A stretch of 64,000 bases of DNA from Bacillota bacterium (GTDB taxonomy: Bacteria > Bacillota > DTU065). Numbering within the stretch: the first letter of the stretch is position 1; each line of letters opens with the position of its first letter. Shown here piece after piece: positions 42,474 through 52,310 of this stretch. A program made the translations under genes and the position numbers. A model generated the notes under the pieces. The model saw only the letters and a program-made list of their open reading frames with translations, did no database searches and had not been told where the DNA came from. The stretch lies in NCBI GenBank assembly GCA_018435125.1, contig JAHDNZ010000029.1, forward strand, positions 3,735-67,734, in the 5' to 3' direction.

Positions 42474-43310
42474 TTACTTCCTTTTAAGCGGAATATAAAT
42501 ATCCTCTGAAAATATCCTGCTTTCCTCAATATAACATTCGAATTCATAACCGCTCGTACGATTATACTCGCTGTGAGGAAGCCATACCGTATTGATGTAT
42601 TCCCATGTTTTATGAATGTTATTTACAAAATCCCCTTGTGTTGTTATCGGTGTGGCAAACACTGCATACAAACCACCGGGGATCTTCAATTCCTGCGTAC
42701 CGCCGAGATCACCGTCTGCATCTTCCTTTTTTATTCCGATAAAATAGTTTATTTTTTGGTTGACATTGTCCCAAATGCAAACACCGTAATCTCTGACGAC
42801 TTTTCCGCCGGATAGTTTAAGCGACATCTTTTTAGCATTATATTTATTCCAAAATTTCGGCGTATAATCTTCATCACTTTTAAACACAGTTAAATTGAAC
42901 GGTTTGAGGACTATTTTTTTCGGTGTTACTGAAAAAGGGGCGGTTCTAAAGGTGAAACGCTCGTATAGCTTTAAGCTGTTTTCCGCCGATTTGTATTCGG
43001 TAGGTAATATATGATGTTCTGATTTAAAGGCTCTTAGAAAGTTTTCTTTAGAATTAAAGCCATACAGGAAAGCCACTTGCGAAATATACTCATTGCCTTT
43101 GATTATTTCCTTAGCAATTTCTGAAAGCCTGCGTTTTCTTATATAATCGGCAGGAGTAAGACCTGTAAATTCTTTGAATACACGTATAAAGTGATAGAGC
43201 GAATAACCACTGATTTTGGCACAAGCAGCAACATCAATATCATATTCTAAATTTGCTTCTATGTAATCAACCGCTTTTGTAATATGTTCGTTGTAGTCCA
43301 TTTGCATCAC
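42474..43310 (-). CDS. AraC-family transcriptional regulator with C-terminal GyrI-like effector-binding domain
   Basis: N-terminal dual HTH AraC pattern and a GyrI-like C-terminus. Stop is 4 nt before the helicase ATG. Confidence 0.8.
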   Translation of the reverse strand: MMQMDYNEHITKAVDYIEANLEYDIDVAACAKISGYSLYHFIRVFKEFTGLTPADYIRKRRLSEIAKEIIKGNEYISQVAFLYGFNSKENFLRAFKSEHHILPTEYKSAENSLKLYERFTFRTAPFSVTPKKIVLKPFNLTVFKSDEDYTPKFWNKYNAKKMSLKLSGGKVVRDYGVCIWDNVNQKINYFIGIKKEDADGDLGGTQELKIPGGLYAVFATPITTQGDFVNNIHKTWEYINTVWLPHSEYNRTSGYEFECYIEESRIFSEDIYIPLKRK

Positions 43311-43357
43311 CCATTATATCTGATTTATTGAGTTAATAATTGATAAAAATTGCGAAG

Positions 43358-44091
43358 TCATATTTGCCCGAATCCCTTCAGGTACAATATATTTAATATA
43401 ACGCCATTTGCTTTCTGCCAATTTTTGCTGATTGCCCATTCTTTAGGATAACCTTTCCAGCCCCTCGGAATGTTCCATGATCCGTCTTCAAGCTGTGATT
43501 TTACAATATACCCGCACTCTAACTCGGCAATTTCGCTAATTGCGATTAGATTAATTATATCATTAGCGAAGTCACCGCCTAGCAAAGCAGTAACGGCTTT
43601 TTTTGCTATACAGCAACCGAGTTTATAAAGCTTGCTGTATTTTAAGCAAGCGGATGATAAATCCTGTGAGGCAGACGATTGGGTTGTAGTCATTGTAACA
43701 GGTGCTATCGCTTTCGGTGTGCCACCAAGGAGCATGAGGATAATCGTTGTTGCTGTAAAAGGTGTTATACCAGAAATGTCCGTTAAAATCCTGTCCGCTT
43801 GCCAGATAACACAAAACTCCCTTAATAATGGTGTGGGAGTTGTCGGTAAAGTTAATTTCCCGCAGAAATTCGGCTGCTGCCCACGTCTTAAATAGGTGAT
43901 GAGTTTGGATTCCACGTATCCGGCTCCAGCGCATGACCGAAGCCAACATCCTCGTTTTGATAGGCGCCAAGCGTAGTTAATACAGCCTCTTTGCTGCCGT
44001 TTTCAAAGTGATACTACCAACGTGCCAAATCCAGCAGTCGTGCGTTGCGATAGATAAAGGTATAGGCTTTTTCAAAAGCAAAGCTACTCAT
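43358..44091 (-). pseudogene. decayed gene for a prenyltransferase/terpene-cyclase-repeat (alpha/alpha-toroid) protein
   Basis: Three overlapping frames (ORFs 43358-43915 and 43623-43970, plus an ATG at 44091 with an in-frame TAG at 44014-44016). Repeat signatures [17 protein letters not shown] and SQLEDGSWNIPRGW. Confidence 0.6.
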
Positions 44092-44693
44092 TGCACTATA
44101 ACCTCTTAAACTTGCATTTTACTTTTGCAGGCAAGTTTACCCTTGTATTCGTCCGTATGGCCGATGATTATGCCTCTGCAATACCAAAACCAACCGCGCT
44201 CTCCAATCACCATCGTTGGTAGATCCTGCATTTGCTACAACATACTTGTGACCCTATCAATTGTCCTTAAGAACACTCTCACATTTAAGTTTAAGGGTTA
44301 CCCCTTTTAATACTTCTGACAACTTTGGAGGGTCAGATCACATTTATATAAAGTACCTCATTTGGAGTTAATGTTCAGCACTGAGCACTTTACCAGCTCT
44401 TATCTTTGGCAATGTCTCGAGATACCATGAATCCAACTCATTTACTCTAGATCCTGTTAAATCTCTCATTCAAACAATAATCCGATTATATTCATTACTA
44501 AGGAACATAAAATAGAATACAAAACCTTGAACCGACCTTCTTTTTATGAGTAAAGTCTTTTGGCTTGCAGAGCACTTCATTTTATTAGTTGTAAGTTAGT
44601 GATATCTTTTACTTTCCCTCCTTAACAGTTATAATTGCTTTCTTATAATAATCTTACCATTGTAAACTTTGAGCTCTTTTTTAACCTTTGAAA

Positions 44694-44745
44694 TGTAAAA
44701 GGCCGTGGGAAACCGAAATCTCCTACGGCCAATTGTTATTTATAA
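44694..44745 (-). terminator. terminator after yqfB-like gene
   Basis: GGCCGTgggaaaccgaaatctcctACGGCC hairpin with U-rich flanks. Confidence 0.55.
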
Positions 44746-44792
44746 CAACCTTATTAACTTGTGGCTAATTACGGCGGTTTTAAAGATCCTTC

Positions 44793-45290
44793 TTATCTTC
44801 GCACCCAAGGAGCTAGAGCTCTTGGTTTATCCAGAATCTCTTTGGCTATCATTGCTTTTTTAAGGGCTTTTGGATCCTGGGTAAACTCATCCAGAAAATT
44901 TGTGGTCCTAACTTCCTGTTCAGAGACCTGGCGGTAGAGAGGCCCCTTGACTTCTTCAAAACCTTCTTGATCCCAATCAACAAAATCTTTAACTTCAGAC
45001 ATAACAGGCATTGTCTGGGGGATAACAGTGGGTTTGGAAGGTTTTTTGGTTTCAATAATAATGGGTTGCGTAAGAAGCGGAGGGCTTAAAGGAACTGTCC
45101 TCGTTTCTTTTGGTCTCTCCGATTTTTTTTGCTTTTCGAGATTAGTAGGAGTTTCTTTAAATGCCCTTTTCCAGTCGGGATTTCTTTGTTTGGAACTAGT
45201 CTTTTGATTAGCTGAATTAACCTTATTTATAATTGAGATAATCACCGATATTATCACCAAAATACCATAAATTACATCCACAGGGACCAC
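44793..45290 (-). CDS. YqfB-like membrane-anchored Pro/Lys-rich protein
   Basis: N-terminal TM and a low-complexity middle. Sits downstream of floA as yqfB does in Bacillus subtilis. Confidence 0.55.
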   Translation of the reverse strand: MVPVDVIYGILVIISVIISIINKVNSANQKTSSKQRNPDWKRAFKETPTNLEKQKKSERPKETRTVPLSPPLLTQPIIIETKKPSKPTVIPQTMPVMSEVKDFVDWDQEGFEEVKGPLYRQVSEQEVRTTNFLDEFTQDPKALKKAMIAKEILDKPRALAPWVRR

Positions 45291-45299
45291 CTCTTAACT

Positions 45300-46286
45300 T
45301 TATTTGGTTTCTTCGGTCTGGGTCTTTTCTGTGGAGCGAGCTAGAGACTCCCGCATCTTAGTATCGGAAAGAATATTCTGCATGTTGTAATAATCCATAA
45401 CCCCAAGCTTACCCTCTTTAAAAGCCACGGCAATAGCTTCAGGGATCTTGGCTTCGGCCTCAACAACTTTAGCCCTCATCTCCTGAACTCTAGCTTTCAT
45501 TTCCTGCTCCAAAGCTTGGGCTGCAAAACGTCTTTCAGCGGCCTTAGCCTGAGCGATGTTTTTATCGGCTTCAGCTTGATCAATTGATAGCTGAGCTCCG
45601 ATGTTTTTACCTACATCGATATCGGCAATATCAATTGACAGGATTTCAAAGGCCGTACCAGAGTCTAGACTCTTTGAAAGAACAGTCTTGGAGATGCTAT
45701 CCGGGTTTTCCAATACCTCTTCGTGGCTTTTAGATGAGCCTACCGTAGTGACAATGCCTTCGCCTACACGAGCGATAATAGTTTCCTCACCGGCACCGCC
45801 TACCAGCCTGTCGATATTAGCTCTTACCGTCACTCTGGCTTTAACCTTGACTTCAATACCGTTTTTAGCAACGGCAGCTATAATAGGTGTCTCAATAACT
45901 TTGGGCTGAACACTCATCTGGACTGCTTCAAGTACGTTACGCCCAGCGAGATCAATTGCTGTACAACGTTCAAAGGTCATGCTTATATCAGCACGTCTGG
46001 CCGCAATTAAAGCATCGATAACTCTATCGACATGGCCTCCCGCCAGATAATGTGCTTCGAGCTGATCAAGCTGTACTTCAGAAAGTCCGCCTTTTCTAGC
46101 TTTAATTAACGGCAAAACAATGACTGCCGGAGGCACTCTTCTTAATCTCATCCCTATTAAATAACTTAGCGGAACCGGTACATGGGCAGCAATAGCTGAA
46201 ATCCAAAGACCTACCGGTACTAAAGATAAAACAATTAAAAACACAAACAGAATAATAACTAGAACAACAACACCTAATACTCCCAT
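45300..46286 (-). CDS. floA: flotillin-like protein FloA (SPFH domain)
   Basis: 328 aa with an N-terminal TM and SPFH region. YqfA homolog. Confidence 0.9.
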   Translation of the reverse strand: MGVLGVVVLVIILFVFLIVLSLVPVGLWISAIAAHVPVPLSYLIGMRLRRVPPAVIVLPLIKARKGGLSEVQLDQLEAHYLAGGHVDRVIDALIAARRADISMTFERCTAIDLAGRNVLEAVQMSVQPKVIETPIIAAVAKNGIEVKVKARVTVRANIDRLVGGAGEETIIARVGEGIVTTVGSSKSHEEVLENPDSISKTVLSKSLDSGTAFEILSIDIADIDVGKNIGAQLSIDQAEADKNIAQAKAAERRFAAQALEQEMKARVQEMRAKVVEAEAKIPEAIAVAFKEGKLGVMDYYNMQNILSDTKMRESLARSTEKTQTEETK

Positions 46287-46297
46287 TTTCTCTCCTC

Positions 46298-47587
46298 CTA
46301 TTCGCTTTCCTCAACGACAATACGATTGCCCTTAACCTCAATGACTTTAATATTGACATCTCGCCCCAAAAACTCTCCTGCAGTCTGGGCACTGTAGCGT
46401 TTGCCTTCAACTTCAATAAGACCCGAAGGACGCATTACGGTTGCGGTAACACCATTTTTGCCTTCTAAATCTTTTAATTTATCCTCAGCTACACTAAATC
46501 CTTTGCTTTCTTCCAAACTGGTCTCTAAAACCAGCTTTTTAAAAAGAGGCGCTTTTTTTAGTCGCTTCCAGAATATTTTCAAAAACAAAGCGGTTAAAGC
46601 TATAGCTGCAATTAAAACCCAAACTGCCTGGGTTAGGTTTTTGAAACTTAAAATAATACTGGTTAAAAGACCTGCTATACCTAAAAGACCAACAATGCCA
46701 AACCCGGGAATAACAAAGATCTCCAGACCTAAAAAGATTAGCCCTGCTAAAAACAGTACAATATGCTCAAGCCCGGCAAGGCCACTGAGGTACCTCCCGC
46801 CGAAAAATAAAGTCAAACTCACGATACCGACTGTACCGGCAGCACCCCAACCCAGGGTAAAAAACTCCAAGATGATACCTAAAAATCCAATGGTTAAAAG
46901 TAAGGAACTGACAATCGGATCGGTTAAAAAGCGAGCAAACTTCTCTGCTCCGGATGGCTCTTGATCTATAATATCCTCATGGGCAACCTCTTTTAGCTCT
47001 AGCAGTTCAGGCAGCGTATTGATTGTACCATCCGAGATTTTTAATTCTAGGGCCTCTATGGCCGTTAAATTAAGGATCTTGCCTTTTTCATTAATTCCCG
47101 GAATCTCAACATCACTGTCTACCATAGCCTCTGCTATTCTGCCATCTTTCCCTCGTGATTCGGCAGTGGCCTTAAACTCTCTTCTAACCGCAGATATTAT
47201 TTTTTCTTCTTTGGGTCTTGTCTCGGCCGAACCGATACTACTGCCGCTTACCATATAAAGTTCTTCGCCTGAAAGAGCTATCAAAGCCCCTGCTGACCAG
47301 GCCCTACCGGTAACATAGGTCACGTTTGGAACCCTAGCTTGCATAATAGTATCTTTAATCTCGAGTGCGGCATCAACCAAACCGCCCAGAGTATCGATCT
47401 CTATTACGACTAAATCCGCCCGGTTTCTTTCGGCATTTCTCATAGCTCTTTTTACAAATCCCGCTACACCATAATCGATGGTTCCTTTAATTGGAATTAG
47501 GTAAACATCTGCTGAAGCTGAAAAAACACTGGCCAGACACAACAGCAAAATAAAAATTAATAGCGGTTTTGTCTTAACTTTCACCAT
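46298..47587 (-). CDS. nfeD: NfeD-family membrane protease (YqeZ-like)
   Basis: ClpP-class protease domain, TM bundle and a C-terminal OB fold. ATG overlaps the anti-sigma stop (ATGGTGA). Confidence 0.85.
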   Translation of the reverse strand: MVKVKTKPLLIFILLLCLASVFSASADVYLIPIKGTIDYGVAGFVKRAMRNAERNRADLVVIEIDTLGGLVDAALEIKDTIMQARVPNVTYVTGRAWSAGALIALSGEELYMVSGSSIGSAETRPKEEKIISAVRREFKATAESRGKDGRIAEAMVDSDVEIPGINEKGKILNLTAIEALELKISDGTINTLPELLELKEVAHEDIIDQEPSGAEKFARFLTDPIVSSLLLTIGFLGIILEFFTLGWGAAGTVGIVSLTLFFGGRYLSGLAGLEHIVLFLAGLIFLGLEIFVIPGFGIVGLLGIAGLLTSIILSFKNLTQAVWVLIAAIALTALFLKIFWKRLKKAPLFKKLVLETSLEESKGFSVAEDKLKDLEGKNGVTATVMRPSGLIEVEGKRYSAQTAGEFLGRDVNIKVIEVKGNRIVVEESE

Positions 47588-48156
47588 TTTTCACCTCCTA
47601 TGATTAAACTCCAAATGGCCTGAAAAAAGTTACCTAGACGTTGCCAAATACTTCTTTTGTTGATCATAGCTGATACTTGACCATCTATAGAGGTTACATT
47701 GCCTTTGATCTCCCCTTGTACATAGACATCCCCACCTACAACTGTTAAGTTGCCGGGAAGACTCTCACCGTCGACAATGATATTCTTGCCTCTGGAATGG
47801 ATGGCTACATCATCTCCAATTCTTTCACAGGGTATACTTCTAGGTACAATATAAGCAATCGTTAACATTAACATTATAGCTGCAGCCAAAGAGTAGTATT
47901 TACGCAGACGCTTTTTCCTCCATTTGGAGTCTTTGGCGATCTCTTTTTTGATCCTAAGCTTTAATAAATCTGTCGGTTCCACTACTAGATTTTCCATATT
48001 TTCGGTAATAAAAAACAGTTCTTCTGCTTCTTTATTACATTTTGGGCAGGAGATTAAATGAGCTTTGATCTCTCTGTATTCTAGCGGTGGCAAAAGACCA
48101 TCAATGTAATCGTCAAGTTTTGAGCGTACATGCTCACACTCACTCACCAAATTCAC
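47581..48156 (-). CDS. anti-sigma factor (RsiW-like, zinc-binding N-domain)
   Basis: Zinc-binding HLISCPKC motif. Single TM helix. Beta-rich extracytoplasmic C-domain. Confidence 0.75.
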   Translation of the reverse strand: MNLVSECEHVRSKLDDYIDGLLPPLEYREIKAHLISCPKCNKEAEELFFITENMENLVVEPTDLLKLRIKKEIAKDSKWRKKRLRKYYSLAAAIMLMLTIAYIVPRSIPCERIGDDVAIHSRGKNIIVDGESLPGNLTVVGGDVYVQGEIKGNVTSIDGQVSAMINKRSIWQRLGNFFQAIWSLIIGGEKW

Positions 48157-48703
48157 CTTCTTTTTTATTGAAAAGGTAATCTTTCAATAACCACCTCGCT
48201 CGATGTAGCTTGGTTTTAATTGTCCCTAGTGGCTCTTCAAGCACGGTTGCTATCTCTTCGTATTTTAATCCTTCAAGATAACGCAAGAGTATTACCAGCC
48301 GGTATTTGGCCGGTAATACTGTAAGGGCTTGGGTTAACTCTCGGCTCGTTTCCTTATCTAGAAGCGCTTCTTGAGGATCGGCAAAGACATTTTGCGTTAA
48401 TAAAGACAGTTCCGTATCTGAATCGGAAAAAGCAACTTTCTTACTCTTACGTATGTTATCAATACACAAATTGCTAGCAATTTTTAATATCCAATTACCA
48501 AACGGATATGCAGGATTGTATTTATCAAGAGAACGATAAGCTCTTAAAAAAGTATCCTGAGTCAGATCCTCAGCTAACATAGGATCTCTTAACATCCTCA
48601 AAATTAAGCTATAGACCTTAGTTGAATACCTTAGCACAATATCATCGAAGGAATTTTTATTGCCCTTTAGTGTCATTTTAACCAGTTCCTGATCACTAAA
48701 CAT
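48140..48703 (-). CDS. ECF RNA polymerase sigma factor (sigmaW-like)
   Basis: Sigma-70 regions 2 and 4. Preceded by a TGAAAC-N16-CGTA promoter. Confidence 0.85.
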   Translation of the reverse strand: MFSDQELVKMTLKGNKNSFDDIVLRYSTKVYSLILRMLRDPMLAEDLTQDTFLRAYRSLDKYNPAYPFGNWILKIASNLCIDNIRKSKKVAFSDSDTELSLLTQNVFADPQEALLDKETSRELTQALTVLPAKYRLVILLRYLEGLKYEEIATVLEEPLGTIKTKLHRARWLLKDYLFNKKEGEFGE

Positions 48704-48728
48704 TGCCTTACCATCCTCTACTATGTTC

Positions 48729-48754
48729 TACGTTTTGCTAAATAAAAAGTTTCA
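48729..48754 (-). promoter_or_regulatory. sigmaW-type ECF promoter TGAAAC-N16-CGTA (autoregulatory)
   Basis: Exact TGAAAC at 48754-48749, a 16-nt spacer, then CGTA at 48732-48729. About 25 nt upstream of the sigma-factor start. Confidence 0.7.
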
Positions 48755-48770
48755 CCGTAAGAAAATTTAT

Positions 48771-48808
48771 TGATAAAAAAGGGGTGCCCAAATGGACAAC
48801 CCCCCAAT
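48771..48808 (-). terminator. terminator after rpsU
   Basis: G-run/C-run hairpin followed by U6. Confidence 0.65.
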
Positions 48809-48810
48809 AG

Positions 48811-48990
48811 TTAAAAGGAGCGACCCCTTTTTCTTGCTTCATCACGCTTCTTCTTCTTACGCACACTAGGTTTTTCATAGTGCTCATGCTTACGTGATTC
48901 GGTGAAGATGCCAGCACGCCGACACTTAGTTTTAAAACGTCGGAGAGCTTGATCAAGGTCCTCATTTTTTCCAACTCTAACTTCAGCCAT
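48811..48990 (-). CDS. rpsU: 30S ribosomal protein S21
   Basis: Translation [59 protein letters not shown]. Too short to appear in the ORF track. Confidence 0.9.
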   Translation of the reverse strand: MAEVRVGKNEDLDQALRRFKTKCRRAGIFTESRKHEHYEKPSVRKKKKRDEARKRGRSF

Positions 48991-49039
48991 ATTCTCCCTC
49001 CTCCCCGACTCTCTGATAAACAGCTAAATGACCCAAAGT

Positions 49040-49387
49040 TTATCCAGGAGGCCATGTAAGAGAACGACCACCCAAAAGGTGCATATGCAGGTGAAATACT
49101 GTTTGACCGCCGTTTTGGTTACAGTTGGTCACCAGTCGAAATCCATCCTGGGCAATCTGTTGCTCTCTGGCAAGGGAGGCGGCTACTAAAAACATATGAC
49201 CGATTAATTCTTTGTCTTCATGTGTTAGACTTAAAACCGTACTAATATGCTTTTTGGGTATTAAAACAATGTGCACGGGTGCTTGCGGTTCAATATCTTT
49301 GAAAGCTGTAATTAGGTCATCTTCATAGACTATGGTGCTGGGAATTTCTTTGTGAACAATTTTACAAAAAATACAATCTTCAGGCAC
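49040..49387 (-). CDS. HIT-family (histidine triad) protein
   Basis: HLHMHLLGG triad. GTG start with a GGAGGTG RBS. The ORF track extension upstream lacks an RBS. Confidence 0.8.
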   Translation of the reverse strand: MPEDCIFCKIVHKEIPSTIVYEDDLITAFKDIEPQAPVHIVLIPKKHISTVLSLTHEDKELIGHMFLVAASLAREQQIAQDGFRLVTNCNQNGGQTVFHLHMHLLGGRSLTWPPG

Positions 49388-49463
49388 ACCTACACCTCCT
49401 CTCACCCATGGATAGTAACATATTCTCCTCAAAATTAATAATTCCTGCAGAATCAATTTATGT

Positions 49464-50750
49464 TTAGACAGTATCTGACAAACAACCCAACATTCCAGTT
49501 GAGTAAATCTTCTCCAATCTAACCGGCAAAAAGCCGCGACTTATCTTTGATTTTGGAATATAGACTTTAATATAATCTTCAGTTGTGCCCAAGAAATAAC
49601 TTCTTTCCGCTAGCTTTGTTTCTTGTTCCACTATTACCTCTGCCTGTCTGCCAATTTGGCTTTTATGATAAGAGAGCATCAACTTTTTACCTATGGCAAT
49701 AAGCTCTTTAGCTCGTCTTTGTTTTTCAACCCTAGGAAGTTGATCTGGTAACAAATAAGCCTTAGTGCCTTTGCGTCTTGAAAAAGGAAAGACATGGAGT
49801 CTAGTAAATTTCATCTCCTCAACAAAAGCACAGGTATTAAGAAAATCTTCTTCAGTCTCGGTAGGAAACCCTACAATAATATCGGTAGTCAAACCAAGCG
49901 GTGCATATTTTTGTAGTTTTTCCACCAGCAACTTGTAGTAAGTAGTATCATAGTTACGATTCATAGCTTTTAGTATTTTATCGGTACCACTTTGCAAGGG
50001 AATATGGAGATGCCTGCAAAAAGAGGGTTCGCTTAACAGCTCAATAATCTCCTCATCTACTTCGTGAGGATCCAGAGAGCTTAGTCTAACCCTGATCCCC
50101 GGAATTTTCAGGGTTTTTTTTAAGATCTTAGCCAAATTCCAACCTTGAAGATCCTTACCATAATAGCCAAGATGAATACCAGTAAAGACCACTTCATTAA
50201 CACCGGTATCTGCCAGAAACTTTACTTCATCTAAGACCGATTCAGGTAATTTACTTCTAATTTTCCCCCTGGCATAGGGAATTTTGCAATAGGAACAATA
50301 ATTTTCACAACCATCTTCAATTTTTATATAAGCTCTGGTTCTTTCATGATAAGTAGCTTTTAAATCCTCGAAGACTGCAGGGTCGGTAACTAAAATTCTT
50401 TTTTTATGATCTCTTTGATATTCACTGACTAAGTTTACCAACCGATCTCGGTTTGAAGTTCCGACAATTATATCCACCCCGGCTATTTTTTCAACTTCTT
50501 CAAGGGCAGTCTGGGCATAACAACCCATTACCACAATTACTGCCTCCGGATTATGTTCTCTGGCTCTTCTAATTATCTGACGTGACTTTTTATCACTCTC
50601 AGCTGTTACGGTACAGGTATTAATAAGATAGATATCTGCCGGATCTGAAAAAGGAACTATTTCATAGCCGTTTTGTTTAAAAAGACCTAAAACACCTTCC
50701 GTATCATATTGGTTAACCTTACAGCCAAGAGTACAGGCAGCTATCTTCAA
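49464..50750 (-). CDS. mtaB: MiaB-family radical SAM tRNA methylthiotransferase (MtaB/YqeV-like)
   Basis: N-terminal MTTase domain, radical SAM CxxxCxxC motif (CENYCSYC) and a TRAM domain. Confidence 0.85.
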   Translation of the reverse strand: MKIAACTLGCKVNQYDTEGVLGLFKQNGYEIVPFSDPADIYLINTCTVTAESDKKSRQIIRRAREHNPEAVIVVMGCYAQTALEEVEKIAGVDIIVGTSNRDRLVNLVSEYQRDHKKRILVTDPAVFEDLKATYHERTRAYIKIEDGCENYCSYCKIPYARGKIRSKLPESVLDEVKFLADTGVNEVVFTGIHLGYYGKDLQGWNLAKILKKTLKIPGIRVRLSSLDPHEVDEEIIELLSEPSFCRHLHIPLQSGTDKILKAMNRNYDTTYYKLLVEKLQKYAPLGLTTDIIVGFPTETEEDFLNTCAFVEEMKFTRLHVFPFSRRKGTKAYLLPDQLPRVEKQRRAKELIAIGKKLMLSYHKSQIGRQAEVIVEQETKLAERSYFLGTTEDYIKVYIPKSKISRGFLPVRLEKIYSTGMLGCLSDTV

Positions 50751-51487
50751 AAGCTGTCCTCCCCTTTCAATTCCAGGCTATACATAACAATAGCAAGTGC
50801 GGCAAGACTTGCTGTTTCGGTGCGCAAAATCCTTGGCCCGAGAGAGTAATAAGGGCTGCCTAAGGCTCTAATTTCCTCCTCAGCTAATCCTCCTTCCGGT
50901 CCTACAAATAAAAAAACCTCGCTGGGTTTTCCTTTTAAGACCTGTTTAAGAAAAAAACTATCAGCTGCGGCGCTTTCCCAAAAGATAAGTTTAAGGCCGG
51001 ATAAGTTATGCCACTTTTCTACAAACTCAGGCCACAAAAGCAAGCTTTCTACTTGAGGGCATTTTACTCGGTGAGCTTGTTTAGCAGCCTCTAGAGCTAT
51101 CCGATTTAAGCGCTCGATTTTACTGAGGCTTTTATCTTTATCCCATCTAGTAACACTTAAGCTAGTCTGCACCGGTACTACTTGATTTACCCCTAATTCC
51201 ACTGCCTTTTGGATAATAAAATCGAGTTTGTCTCCCTTGGGCAACCCTTGAAAAAGAGTAATGTTATAGGGTGGCTCAGTTGATTTATGCTCTGCTATAA
51301 GCTGGACTTTGGCTTTGTTTTTGTCGAGAAAAAGCAATTGCCCTTCAACTAGCCTGCTCTCATCGGAAAGAAGCAGTTTTTCTCCTTTTTTTAGCCGTAA
51401 GACCTGCATATGTTTTACTTGATCATCGGAGATCTCTAGCTCTGCCCCTAAGGGGGGTAAGGGTTTATCCACAAAAAACTGATGCAC
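50747..51487 (-). CDS. rsmE: 16S rRNA (uracil1498-N3)-methyltransferase
   Basis: RsmE fold. Probable GTG start. Confidence 0.8.
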   Translation of the reverse strand: MHQFFVDKPLPPLGAELEISDDQVKHMQVLRLKKGEKLLLSDESRLVEGQLLFLDKNKAKVQLIAEHKSTEPPYNITLFQGLPKGDKLDFIIQKAVELGVNQVVPVQTSLSVTRWDKDKSLSKIERLNRIALEAAKQAHRVKCPQVESLLLWPEFVEKWHNLSGLKLIFWESAAADSFFLKQVLKGKPSEVFLFVGPEGGLAEEEIRALGSPYYSLGPRILRTETASLAALAIVMYSLELKGEDSF

Positions 51488-52299
51488 TAGATAATCGCCT
51501 CCAAAGCGGTCCATTCGCCTTTATCTAGTCGCTTTTTAATAGTAAAGCCATTGTTTTTAAGGTTTTCTTCCACTAAAGGAACCCGCTCATTGATAATACC
51601 GGATAAAAGCCAGGTAAAATGAGACAGTCGCTTTTTTAGTAGAGGTATAAACTCTACAATTACCTCAGCTAAAATATTAGTTAAAACTAGATCCGCTTCC
51701 TCTTTGGGAAAGAGGCTATCATCTTCCAGGAGATTTCCATCTACGACCTTGATATTTTTTAAGACCCTGTTTTTTTCGGCATTGTCTCTAGTGGCCTGAG
51801 TGGCTAAAGGATCGATATCAAAAGCATAGACTAAAGCATTAAGCTTTGCGGCTGCAATCGCTAAAATACCTGAGCCGCTACCTATATCAAAGACTACCTG
51901 AGGGCTTTTGTCGGCTAATAGTTCTAACATTAAAGCCGTTGATTCATGCGTTCCTGTGCCAAAGGCCATCCCCGGATCAAGATCAATAATAATTTCATTT
52001 GGTTTTTTGTTATATTGTTCCCAACTTGGAACAATTACAAAGCGAGCTATTTTATTTACATGCCAATACTGCTTCCAATTCTCAGCCCAATTTTCATCGG
52101 CAATCTCTTTTAAGCTATATTCTCCCCAAGTTTTTTGGGCCTTGTTTTTTAGATCATCCAGGTTAGTAGAGTCAGGTAGATAAAATTTATAATTTCTTTC
52201 TTCTTCTATTACCCCCTGAATTCCTAACTCGAGGAGGTTAAAAAGAAGCAGTTCTTTATTTGAATTATTAAAAGGAACAGTTACCTCAAGCCACTTCAT
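51487..52299 (-). CDS. prmA: ribosomal protein L11 methyltransferase
   Basis: SAM motif DIGSGSGIL. Start taken at MKWLEVTV with a GGAGGT RBS. Confidence 0.85.
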   Translation of the reverse strand: MKWLEVTVPFNNSNKELLLFNLLELGIQGVIEEERNYKFYLPDSTNLDDLKNKAQKTWGEYSLKEIADENWAENWKQYWHVNKIARFVIVPSWEQYNKKPNEIIIDLDPGMAFGTGTHESTALMLELLADKSPQVVFDIGSGSGILAIAAAKLNALVYAFDIDPLATQATRDNAEKNRVLKNIKVVDGNLLEDDSLFPKEEADLVLTNILAEVIVEFIPLLKKRLSHFTWLLSGIINERVPLVEENLKNNGFTIKKRLDKGEWTALEAII

Positions 52300-52310
52300 T
52301 TTTAACCTCC

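Noticed and set aside
42470-42547. The 26-codon N-terminal extension of the helicase ORF (MNSNVILRKAGYFQRIFIFRLKGSND).
   Set aside because: It overlaps the 3' end of the AraC gene. The helicase family begins at the MQDILDGLNEAQ-type N-terminus, so the ATG at 42469 is the real start.
44125-44310. 61-aa plus-strand ORF in the island's right non-coding flank.
   Set aside because: No RBS and hydrophobic, low-complexity sequence. Likely chance ORF in decayed DNA.
38650-44790. Terminal inverted or direct repeats, integrase/transposase genes, or a tRNA target that would mark the island as a mobile element.
   Set aside because: Only a weak 10-nt match (TAAAAGATAT) exists between the flanks. No recombinase genes and no tRNA are present, so the island cannot be called a mobile element on this evidence.
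46102-46416. 104-aa ORF spanning the floA/nfeD junction.
   Set aside because: It is out of frame with both well-supported genes and has a Cys-rich, low-complexity translation.
48738-49055. 105-aa ORF overlapping rpsU.
   Set aside because: The true gene in this interval is the 59-aa ribosomal protein S21 in another frame.
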